A stretch of DNA of 14,825 bases from Pseudomonadota bacterium. GTDB lineage: Bacteria; Bdellovibrionota; FAC87; UBA2466. Of the stretch, positions 1 through 7,428 are shown piece by piece (the stretch's first letter is position 1; every line of letters starts with the position of its first letter). The stretch lies in the NCBI GenBank assembly GCA_043767805.1, contig JAYUGC010000063.1, positions 1 to 14,825 on the forward strand, written 5' to 3'. Made by a program: the position numbers and the translations under genes. The notes beneath the pieces are model-generated. The model searched no databases and was not told where the DNA came from. It saw nothing but the letters and a program-made list of their open reading frames with translations.

Positions 1-142
1 CCACGAAGTGGCGGTGGTGGTCTCGGCCATGGCCGGCGAGACCGACCGGCTGGTGGGTTTCTGCCGCGAGGATGTCCCGCGTAGAAGCCGAAGCTTGAGC
101 GGAAACCCAGTACGCAACTAGGACCCAAATGAATTGTCTCAT
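1..142 (-). CDS. 5' end of a putative exported protein (signal peptide), truncated at window edge/junction
   Basis: ATG at 142 preceded by AAGGGGGG. Reads MRQFIWVLVAYWVSAQASA-STRDIL: basic N-terminus, hydrophobic core, A-S-A cleavage motif. Not in the ORF track because it has no stop in the window. Confidence 0.6.
   Translation of the reverse strand, partial: MRQFIWVLVAYWVSAQASASTRDILAAETHQPVGLAGHGRDHHRHFV
2..70 (+). other. Aspartokinase (LysC-like) N-terminal fragment, abruptly broken
   Basis: Frame from nt 2 reads HEVAVVVSAMAGETDRLVGFCRE, containing the aspartokinase VVVSAM-G-TD-L motif. Resemblance ends at ~70 and the frame stops at TAG 119-121. GC of 1-70 is 50/70 by hand count. Confidence 0.75.
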
Positions 143-160
143 TTAATTGTGTAACCCCCC

Positions 161-190
161 TTAAAAGCCCGTGACCGCCTGGGCTTTCAA
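161..190 (-). promoter_or_regulatory. 10-bp stem-loop just upstream of the RBS of the 142 ORF (weak terminator after epmA or 5' leader hairpin)
   Basis: Minus strand UUGAAAGCCC-aggcggucac-GGGCUUUUAA pairs fully with one G-U. Confidence 0.5.
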
Positions 191-290
191 CCTCAACGGG
201 ATTCTAGCGACGGCAAATTGCGTCAATCCCGCGAAATGTGCGGATCAGTTAACGGAAGTTAAGTTTGACGCGATACGTTCAGAAAGAACG

Positions 291-1133
291 TTACGGAAAC
301 GTTGGGGGAAATACGCCGGTGAGGCATTTGAATAGACGTTCGAGTCCGACGGCGACGCCCGCGCAAGGAGGCAAGCCTCGCTCCATGGCATCGGCGAGAA
401 GGTGCGGATAAGGGTGAGGCGCTTTGCCGGCCTCTCGTCGAATATCGGCTTCGCTGACGACGCGCGCTTTGAGCTCTTCGACGTCGGAAAGCTCGACACA
501 GCCGTTACAGATCTCCATGCCCTTCCAGTAGATCTCAAAGCGCTGCGCGGTTTTTTTATCGGGGTTCAAAGCGGCGAGAGCCGCAAGCTGCGCCGGATAA
601 TCTTTGACCAGAGTCGGTGGATCGCTGGGAAGATTCGGTTCCACCACTTCGAGAAAGACTTTGAAGAAAGCATCTTCCCAGCGTTCGTCTTTTTTCGGAG
701 ACGGCGCTTTCCCCTGCATCAATTCCGCGACCGTCTTTTCGGGAAGCGGGCCTTCGTAGCCGAGATGCGCGAGAAAATCGCCCATGAGCTTTCGGATGCC
801 ATCGTAGTCGAGACCCACTCCGTAGAATTCGAGCATGGTGAACTCTTTGCCGTGCACGCCGGTCTCCAGCGGATCGTCTCGGAAGCAGCGGCAGATTTGG
901 TAGCACGAGAGCGACGTCTCGGAGAGCAGAGCCTTCATTTCCATCTCGGGAGAGGTGTGAAGCTCGCCTTTTCCGCCGGCGTGGGAGGCTTGGACCGAGT
1001 CGATGACGCCTTCGAACGCGCCCGCGCTCACCAGGTGGCGGGTCGAAACTTCGAGGTAACCTCGATCGTCGAAAAAACGGCGGATCTGGGAGAGGAAGCG
1101 GGCCCAGGTCCGTAAGGCGGTGACAGTATCCAT
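291..1133 (-). CDS. epmA: EF-P lysine aminoacylase EpmA (GenX/PoxA), class II LysRS catalytic-domain paralog
   Basis: Motifs IRRFF..GYLEV, LHTSPE..MK.LL, YQICRCFRD, H..EFTMLEFY, RFEIY..G.EICNG, GLPPCAGVAVGLERL. No anticodon-binding domain. Start placed at ATG 1133 (AGGTGG 5 nt upstream) rather than GTG 1142. Confidence 0.88.
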   Translation of the reverse strand: MDTVTALRTWARFLSQIRRFFDDRGYLEVSTRHLVSAGAFEGVIDSVQASHAGGKGELHTSPEMEMKALLSETSLSCYQICRCFRDDPLETGVHGKEFTMLEFYGVGLDYDGIRKLMGDFLAHLGYEGPLPEKTVAELMQGKAPSPKKDERWEDAFFKVFLEVVEPNLPSDPPTLVKDYPAQLAALAALNPDKKTAQRFEIYWKGMEICNGCVELSDVEELKARVVSEADIRREAGKAPHPYPHLLADAMERGLPPCAGVAVGLERLFKCLTGVFPPTFP

Positions 1134-1171
1134 GTGAGCCACCTATATTCCATGAAGAAGGGGAACACCAG

Positions 1172-2065
1172 ATGCGAAGTCGAGCGGACCGCTGGCTGAG
1201 GGAGCGGTTTCCGAGTCTCACCCGGCGCCATGCCGAGGAGGCTCTGGAAGCGGGGCTCGCCCGCCATTTCACGGGAAAAAAGGCGCATAAGGGCGACAAG
1301 GTCGAGGGTCTGGACGACCGCGATCTCGCCGACCATTTGGGCCGCCTTCGCTCGGGAACGCCCGGTCTCGACGTAAAAATCGTCAAGGACGCCGGCTCCT
1401 GGGTCGCGGTCGATAAGCCTCCTGGGTTGAACAGCCATCCGCTGTCTCTTTTTGACGAGCGAACGCTCACCCATTGGGCGTTCAGCAAATGGCAGGATTT
1501 GAAGGTCGAGTTCCCGGGCATTCAGCCCACGGTCGTGCCCCATCGGCTGGACCGGGACACGAGCGGTTTACAGATCGTGGCTTTGACGGCGGAGAGCTAC
1601 GGCTTCTGGCGCGCGCGGTTTCAAAGTCATATCGTGACCAAGCGCTACCTCGCTTGGGTGTGGGGAGAGCCGAAGGCAGACGCGTGGGTGGCGAAATGGG
1701 CAGTGGCTCACGACCCCAAGGACGATCGAAGAATGGTGGTGGTGGGCTCCCACGTCCGGCATCGGCCGCCCGTCCTGGAAGCTCATACGCAGTTTCGGGT
1801 CGTGAAACGAAACGGGCCGGCCGCGCTTTTAGAGGCTTTCTGCCGGACGGGCGTGACTCATCAGGTGAGAGTGCATGCCGCGGAAAGCGGGCACCCGCTT
1901 ATCGGCGATAAGCTCTACGACGCGAGTTTCGAAGCGCGCCCGGTGAAAACGCCGGGCCACTGGCTCCGCGCGATGAGCCTCGAGTGGGGCACTAGGGCGG
2001 ACGATCGCCTGGAAGTTTCCGTGGGCCCGTTCGAGGCAGGTCCGCTTAGCGCCGATGGAAAGTGA
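1172..2065 (+). CDS. RluA/RluD-family RNA pseudouridine synthase with N-terminal S4-like segment
   Basis: Motifs VDKPPGL, HRLDRDTSG (catalytic Asp codon at 1550-1552), KRYLA, TG.THQVRVH, GHPLIGDKLY. N-terminus RADRWL...FPSLTR is S4-like. AAGGGGA upstream of ATG. Confidence 0.93.
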   Translation: MRSRADRWLRERFPSLTRRHAEEALEAGLARHFTGKKAHKGDKVEGLDDRDLADHLGRLRSGTPGLDVKIVKDAGSWVAVDKPPGLNSHPLSLFDERTLTHWAFSKWQDLKVEFPGIQPTVVPHRLDRDTSGLQIVALTAESYGFWRARFQSHIVTKRYLAWVWGEPKADAWVAKWAVAHDPKDDRRMVVVGSHVRHRPPVLEAHTQFRVVKRNGPAALLEAFCRTGVTHQVRVHAAESGHPLIGDKLYDASFEARPVKTPGHWLRAMSLEWGTRADDRLEVSVGPFEAGPLSADGK

Positions 2066-2732
2066 TGAGGGGAGGCGGTCCTTCGCCTCCGCCCCCAAAG
2101 AGAGCGAACGGCAGGCGGACGAACCAGCGGAGTAGTTTGCCCAGCCCCCCTTTACGCCCCTCTTGCGAGGGATCGGGGAGCGCTATGTAGAACTCTTGCG
2201 CCGATTCTTGAAAACGAACCGCCCATTTTCCGTCGCCCGCCGCAAGGGCGAGGCCGTTGGTCATGAGCTCGTGATCGGGCAGGATCGGTGCTTGAAAGCG
2301 AAGTAGGAAGGGAACGGCCATGGTCCGTAAAGAAACGGGTACCGCGTCGACCTTCTCCAAGGCCGCGTCGTACTCGATGTCGAGTTGGTGCCGGCTTCCG
2401 GCCGCGACGTTGACCTTGAGGTAGCGCAACGTGGGCTCGTCCATCACCTGGGCGAGCATCGAGGGGTGCAGGGCGTTTCCGTCCCAGTGGATTTGGGTGG
2501 GAGCGACCGAGAGCCCGAACACCGGAAAGCCGGCCTCGGGCACTTCGATTTCCATTTGGGCGCGAGTTACGCATTTGCGGCTCGCGCCGTCCCAGGCGAC
2601 TTCCGCGGTCAGCCAGTGGAATTTCGCGGGGATTTGGCGTGTGGGGGCCGCAAGCGCAAGGGTTTGCCCCCAAAGGAGGGCGGCCACAAAGAACTGCTTA
2701 GCGACACGAGTCGCGAGGAAGGAGGCAACCAC
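2046..2732 (-). CDS. Hypothetical, probably secreted, beta-rich protein (228 aa)
   Basis: GTG start with GGAG upstream. Signal-peptide-like KQFFVAALLWGQTLALA-AP, then alternating beta-strand patterns. Overlaps the pseudouridine synthase 3' end by 20 nt convergently. Confidence 0.65.
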   Translation of the reverse strand: MVASFLATRVAKQFFVAALLWGQTLALAAPTRQIPAKFHWLTAEVAWDGASRKCVTRAQMEIEVPEAGFPVFGLSVAPTQIHWDGNALHPSMLAQVMDEPTLRYLKVNVAAGSRHQLDIEYDAALEKVDAVPVSLRTMAVPFLLRFQAPILPDHELMTNGLALAAGDGKWAVRFQESAQEFYIALPDPSQEGRKGGLGKLLRWFVRLPFALFGGGGEGPPPLITFHRR

Positions 2733-2794
2733 TTGTCACACTCCGGGTCGAATTGATTTGGGATAAAAAGGATGAGTCAGCTTTAAGAATAGGC

Positions 2795-2819
2795 GAGAGA
2801 AGGGGACCACGGGGTCCCC
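2795..2819 (-). terminator. Possible intrinsic terminator downstream of the small basic protein gene
   Basis: Minus strand GGGGACC-ccgu-GGUCCCC followed by UUCUCUC (imperfect U tract). Confidence 0.5.
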
Positions 2820-2873
2820 CGCACAATCCCTCGTTAACGAATGTTTCGGCCCGTGGTTAGGCGGGCAGGGGCT

Positions 2874-3080
2874 CTAGGCAGCCGGTTGCTGCTTGATGAT
2901 GCCGCCTTTTTCGTTCAGCTGCTGAATCGGGTAAAAGATCGAAATTTTCATGATTTTCGCGATAAGAGCTTGGCGCTCAACGGAGTTTTTCGCGCGGGCC
3001 ATGCGTGCCCGTAAGTTACGGATTCTGTTACGGCGGGTTCTACGACGGTCGATTTCTGCACGGCGAGTTACTCGGCCCAT
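2874..3080 (-). CDS. Small Arg/Lys-rich protein, DUF6800-like (68 aa)
   Basis: AGGAG 5 nt before ATG. Pattern R..EI.RRR.RR..I..LR.R...A.....R..LI.KI.KIS resembles DUF6800 from memory (not searched). Confidence 0.75.
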   Translation of the reverse strand: MGRVTRRAEIDRRRTRRNRIRNLRARMARAKNSVERQALIAKIMKISIFYPIQQLNEKGGIIKQQPAA

Positions 3081-3105
3081 AGGGTCTCCTAGTTATAAAA
3101 AGCCC

Positions 3106-3133
3106 ACTTTAATGTAACGGCCCGTATAGGCAA
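3106..3133 (-). promoter_or_regulatory. Candidate sigma70 promoter for the small basic protein gene
   Basis: TTGCCT (3133-3128), 16-nt spacer, TAAAGT (3111-3106), about 25 nt upstream of the ATG and downstream of the rpoC terminator. Confidence 0.4.
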
Positions 3134-3245
3134 GGGGTAACGCGGGGGGCTGGCGGTCTTTTGAAGCTACGGCTTGCGAATAAGCCGGGTGAGGGAGCCA
3201 AACTTCTACGGAGTCACCCTCGTGCTCGAAACTCCGAGGCCCTGA

Positions 3246-3283
3246 AAATAAAAAAGCCCCGCCCTCCCGAAGGAGAGCGGGGC
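3246..3283 (-). terminator. Rho-independent terminator of the rpoBC operon
   Basis: GCCCCGCUCUCC-UUCG-GGAGGGCGGGGC (12 bp, one G-U, cUUCGg tetraloop) followed by UUUUUUAUUUU, 14 nt after the rpoC stop. Confidence 0.95.
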
Positions 3284-3297
3284 AAATTTGAGGAATA

Positions 3298-6200
3298 CTA
3301 GAGCTTCGCTTCGGCCGCGTTGGCCTGCATCTGAGCGGTTTCCGCTTTGTGGTTGGCGGCATCGCTGCCGACTTCCGCGTCCCGTTCCGCCACTGAGATG
3401 GTGACGTTGCGGTACTTGCTGATACCTGTACCCGCCGGGATCAAGCGGCCCATGATGACGTTCTCTTTGAGGCCCTTGAGGCGATCGATCTTGCCCATGA
3501 CCGCGGCTTCGGTAAGTACCTTGGTCGTCTCTTGGAAAGAGGCGGCCGAGATGAAGCTTTCCGTCGACAGCGAGGCCTTGGTGATACCGAGGAGAAGGGG
3601 CTCGGCCGTCGCGGGGCGTTTCCCCAGCTTCGTCACGCGCTCGTTTTCTTCGTCGAACTTGAAGCGTTCGATGTTCTCACCATGGAGCGTATCGGTCTCA
3701 CCTGGATCCGAGATGCGGACACGTTTGAGCATCTGACGAACGATGAGCTCGATGTGCTTATCGTTAATCTTAACGCCCTGGAGACGGTACACTTCCTGGA
3801 CTTCGTCCACGAGGTACTTGGCCAGTTCTTTTTCGCCGAGAATGCGCAGGATATCGTGCGGGTTCGCGGCACCGTCCATGAGGGGCTCACCGGCGCGGAC
3901 GTAATCGCCTTCGCGCACCGAGATGTGCTTACCTTTGGTGATGAGGTATTCCTTCGGCTCGCCGTGTTCCGGCGTGACGACGACCTTACGCTTACCTTTG
4001 GAGTCCTTGCCGAACGAGACGATACCGTCGATTTCGGAGATCGCCGCAGTTTCCTTGGGCTTACGAGCTTCGAAAAGCTCGGCAACGCGGGGAAGACCGC
4101 CGGTGATGTCTTTCGTCTTCGAGGTCTCGCGCGCGATTTTCGAGATCGAGTCACCGGGGAGGACTTCGTCGCCGTTGTTGGAGACGAGGTTCGCACCGAC
4201 GGGGAGAAGGTACGACGCTTTCGCGACGCCCTTATCATCCACGATTTCGATACGGGGGCGGAGCTCGGTGTCGCGCGAATCGGTGATTACCCGGTTCGAG
4301 AGGCCCGTCACTTCGTCCACGCGTTCCGACAGCGAAATACCGTCCTGGATATCGACGTAGGAGATCTTACCGCCCTGCTCAGTGAGCACCGGTACCGTGT
4401 AAGGATCCCACATCGCGACCACTTGACCGCGGGTAACTTTATCGCCTTCGCGTACGTTCAGCTTCGCGCCGTAGACGAGAGCGTAACGCTCACGTTCACG
4501 GCCGGCTTCGTCGAGAATCGCGAGCTCGGCGTTACGGTTCATGACCGTAAACGTTCCGGCGCGATCCGTAACGATGTTAGCCCGGTAGAGCTTGATCGTA
4601 CCGTCGTGCCGAAGCTCGAGAGAGCTCTGCTCCGCGCGCCGAGTAGCGGTTCCACCGACGTGGAAGGTACGCATGGTCAGCTGGGTTCCCGGTTCGCCGA
4701 TGGATTGGGCGGCGATGATGCCGACCGCCTCACCGAGGTTCACGAGATGTCCGCGGGCTAGATCTCGACCGTAGCACGAGGTACAGATACCGATCTGAGT
4801 GCGGCAGGTGAGTGCCGACCGGATGGTGATCTTCTCGATGCCCGACTCTTCGATGATGCCGACCTTTTCTTCGTCGATCTGCTCGTTGGCTTTCACGAGG
4901 ATTTCGCCGGAGTACGGGTCTTTGATGTCTTCGAGGGCTACGCGGCCGAGGATGCGATCACCGAGAGACTCGATGATTTCGCCGCCTTCGACGAGCGCTT
5001 GCACTTCGAGACCATCCACCGTCTTACAGTCGAACTGTACGATGACCAGATCTTGCGCGACGTCCACGAGACGGCGGGTAAGGTATCCGGAATGCGCCGT
5101 TTTAAGAGCGGTATCCGCCAAGCCCTTACGAGCTCCGTGAGTCGAGGTGAAGTACTGAAGCGCGTCCAGACCTTCGCGGAAGTTCGCGGTGATGGGCGTT
5201 TCGATAATCTCGCCCGAAGGACGAGCCATCAGACCGCGCATACCGGCGAGCTGCTTAATCTGAGCCGCCGATCCGCGCGCTCCCGAGTCGGCCATCTGGT
5301 AAATGGCGTTGACCGAGGGGACCGTGACCATCTTGCCGTCGCGGTCCTTGACCTGGTCGGTGGACAATTCGGTCATCATCTCTTCGGCGACTTGTTCCGT
5401 AACTTGCGCCCAAATGTCGATGACCTTGTTGTACCGCTCACCGTCGGTGATCAAACCTTCGGTGTACTGATCCTGAATTTCTTCGACTTCCTTGTAGGCA
5501 CCATCCAGAAGCTTCGTCTTCTTGGACGGGATCTGCATGTCTTCGATGCAGATCGACATGCCCGACCGCGTAGCGAACTCGAAACCGAGGTTCTTCAACG
5601 CGTCCGCGAGAAGTACCGTACGTTTCGTGCCCGTGGTCCGGTAGCACTTGTCGAGGAGGCCCGAGAGCGCCTTCTTGTCGAGCACACGGTTGTACTCGTC
5701 GAAAGGAATCTCTTCCGGAACGATCTCTCTAAGGATTAACCGGCCGACCGCCGTTTCGAACCGCTTGTTGCCGATTCGTACGTTCACCTTGGCATGGAGG
5801 TCCACCTGGCCGACGTTGTAAGCGAAAATCGCTTCGGTCGGGTTGGCGAACAGCTTGCCTTCGCCCTTCTGGTTCACGCGCGCCTGGGTCATGAAGTACA
5901 TGCCGAGCACGATGTCCTGGCTGGGATCGATTACGGGCTTACCGTAAGCGGGAGACAGAATGTTATTGGTCGACATCATCAGGACGCGCGCTTCCAATTG
6001 AGCTTCGACGCTCAACGGAACGTGCACGGCCATTTGGTCACCGTCGAAATCCGCGTTGAACGTCGCGCAGACCAAAGGATGGAGCTGGATCGCTTTTCCT
6101 TCGATGAGTACGGGCTCGAACGCCTGGATGCCGAGACGATGGAGAGTCGGGGCGCGGTTCAAGAGAATCGGATGCTCCTTAACCACTTCTTCGAGAATAT

Positions 6201-7428
6201 CCCAGACTTCTTCTTTCTCGCGCTCCACCATGCGTTTTGCCGACTTGATGGTGGTGACGTAGCCGCGCTCTTCCAATTTATTGAAGATGAACGGCTTGAA
6301 GAGCTCCAAGGCCATCTTTTTGGGAAGACCGCACTGGTGAAGTTTCAATTCAGGACCGACGACGATTACGGAACGACCCGAGTAATCGACGCGTTTTCCG
6401 AGTAAGTTCTGACGGAACCGACCCTGCTTACCCTTGAGCATGTCGCTCAATGAGCGGAGCGGGCGTTTGTTCGGGCCCGTGAACGTACGGCCGCGACGGC
6501 CGTTGTCGAACAGAGCATCGACCGCTTCTTGAAGCATGCGCTTCTCGTTACGGATGATGATCTCAGGAGCATTGAGCTCCTGAAGGCGCTTCAAGCGGTT
6601 GTTCCGGTTGATGACCCGGCGATAGAGATCGTTCAAGTCGGAGGTGGCGAAACGGCCGCCATCCAACGGGACGAGGGGACGAAGATCGGGTGGGATGACC
6701 GGAATTACGTCCAGCATCATCCACTCAGGCTTGTTGCCCGACGTCTTGAAGGCCTCAACGACTTTCAAGCGTTTGGAAAGATTTTTCTGAATGGTCTCAG
6801 AGGAAGTCTTCGCCAAAGCCGCGCGCAAATCCTTTGCGAGGGCGTCGATGTCGACTTCTTTTAAGAGGCCCTTAACGGCTTCGGCGCCCATGGCGGCTTT
6901 GAAGTCGCCTTTGAACTGCTTGCGAGCCAAGGAGTACTCGTCCTCAGAGATGACGTCGCCTTTGCTGAACTCGGTCTTACCCGGGTCCTGCACCACGTAC
7001 GCTTCGCAATAAAGGACGCGCTCGAGGTTCTTTAAGGAGATGTCCATCACCGCGCCGATACGACTCGGGAGGCTTCGAAGGAACCAGATGTGAGCGACAG
7101 GCGTCGCGAGCTCGATATGACCGAGACGTTCGCGGCGGACTTTGCTCTGAATGACTTCGACGCCGCACTTTTCGCAGACGACGCCCCGGTGCTTCATGCG
7201 TTTGTACTTACCGCAGTTGCACTCGTAATCTTTTACCGGTCCGAAGATCTTCGCGCAGAACAGACCATCCCGCTCCGGCTTGAAAGTACGGTAGTTGATC
7301 GTTTCCGGCTTTTTCACTTCGCCGTACGACCACGACCGAACCTTTTCCGGGCTCGCGAGGGAGATCTTTACCGCACTAAAGCTGAGCGGATCCTTCGGTT
7401 TGTCGAAGAAATTAAGTAGGTCTTTCAT
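3298..7428 (-). CDS. rpoC: DNA-directed RNA polymerase subunit beta'
   Basis: [10 protein letters not shown], zinc-finger CxCGKYK...[21 protein letters not shown], catalytic NADFDGDQM, trigger loop [12 protein letters not shown] with large insertion, [16 protein letters not shown]. Confidence 0.99.
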   Translation of the reverse strand: MKDLLNFFDKPKDPLSFSAVKISLASPEKVRSWSYGEVKKPETINYRTFKPERDGLFCAKIFGPVKDYECNCGKYKRMKHRGVVCEKCGVEVIQSKVRRERLGHIELATPVAHIWFLRSLPSRIGAVMDISLKNLERVLYCEAYVVQDPGKTEFSKGDVISEDEYSLARKQFKGDFKAAMGAEAVKGLLKEVDIDALAKDLRAALAKTSSETIQKNLSKRLKVVEAFKTSGNKPEWMMLDVIPVIPPDLRPLVPLDGGRFATSDLNDLYRRVINRNNRLKRLQELNAPEIIIRNEKRMLQEAVDALFDNGRRGRTFTGPNKRPLRSLSDMLKGKQGRFRQNLLGKRVDYSGRSVIVVGPELKLHQCGLPKKMALELFKPFIFNKLEERGYVTTIKSAKRMVEREKEEVWDILEEVVKEHPILLNRAPTLHRLGIQAFEPVLIEGKAIQLHPLVCATFNADFDGDQMAVHVPLSVEAQLEARVLMMSTNNILSPAYGKPVIDPSQDIVLGMYFMTQARVNQKGEGKLFANPTEAIFAYNVGQVDLHAKVNVRIGNKRFETAVGRLILREIVPEEIPFDEYNRVLDKKALSGLLDKCYRTTGTKRTVLLADALKNLGFEFATRSGMSICIEDMQIPSKKTKLLDGAYKEVEEIQDQYTEGLITDGERYNKVIDIWAQVTEQVAEEMMTELSTDQVKDRDGKMVTVPSVNAIYQMADSGARGSAAQIKQLAGMRGLMARPSGEIIETPITANFREGLDALQYFTSTHGARKGLADTALKTAHSGYLTRRLVDVAQDLVIVQFDCKTVDGLEVQALVEGGEIIESLGDRILGRVALEDIKDPYSGEILVKANEQIDEEKVGIIEESGIEKITIRSALTCRTQIGICTSCYGRDLARGHLVNLGEAVGIIAAQSIGEPGTQLTMRTFHVGGTATRRAEQSSLELRHDGTIKLYRANIVTDRAGTFTVMNRNAELAILDEAGRERERYALVYGAKLNVREGDKVTRGQVVAMWDPYTVPVLTEQGGKISYVDIQDGISLSERVDEVTGLSNRVITDSRDTELRPRIEIVDDKGVAKASYLLPVGANLVSNNGDEVLPGDSISKIARETSKTKDITGGLPRVAELFEARKPKETAAISEIDGIVSFGKDSKGKRKVVVTPEHGEPKEYLITKGKHISVREGDYVRAGEPLMDGAANPHDILRILGEKELAKYLVDEVQEVYRLQGVKINDKHIELIVRQMLKRVRISDPGETDTLHGENIERFKFDEENERVTKLGKRPATAEPLLLGITKASLSTESFISAASFQETTKVLTEAAVMGKIDRLKGLKENVIMGRLIPAGTGISKYRNVTISVAERDAEVGSDAANHKAETAQMQANAAEAKL

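Noticed and set aside
245..2766. Alternative-frame ORFs over epmA, the pseudouridine synthase and the hypothetical gene (556-1521, 402-1115, 1028-1543, 2152-2673 and others)
   Set aside because: Arg/Pro/Ser-rich off-frame translations overlapping better-supported genes.
3093..3362. 89-aa minus-strand ORF overlapping the rpoC end
   Set aside because: Runs through the strong rpoC terminator, starts inside rpoC and has no recognisable protein features.
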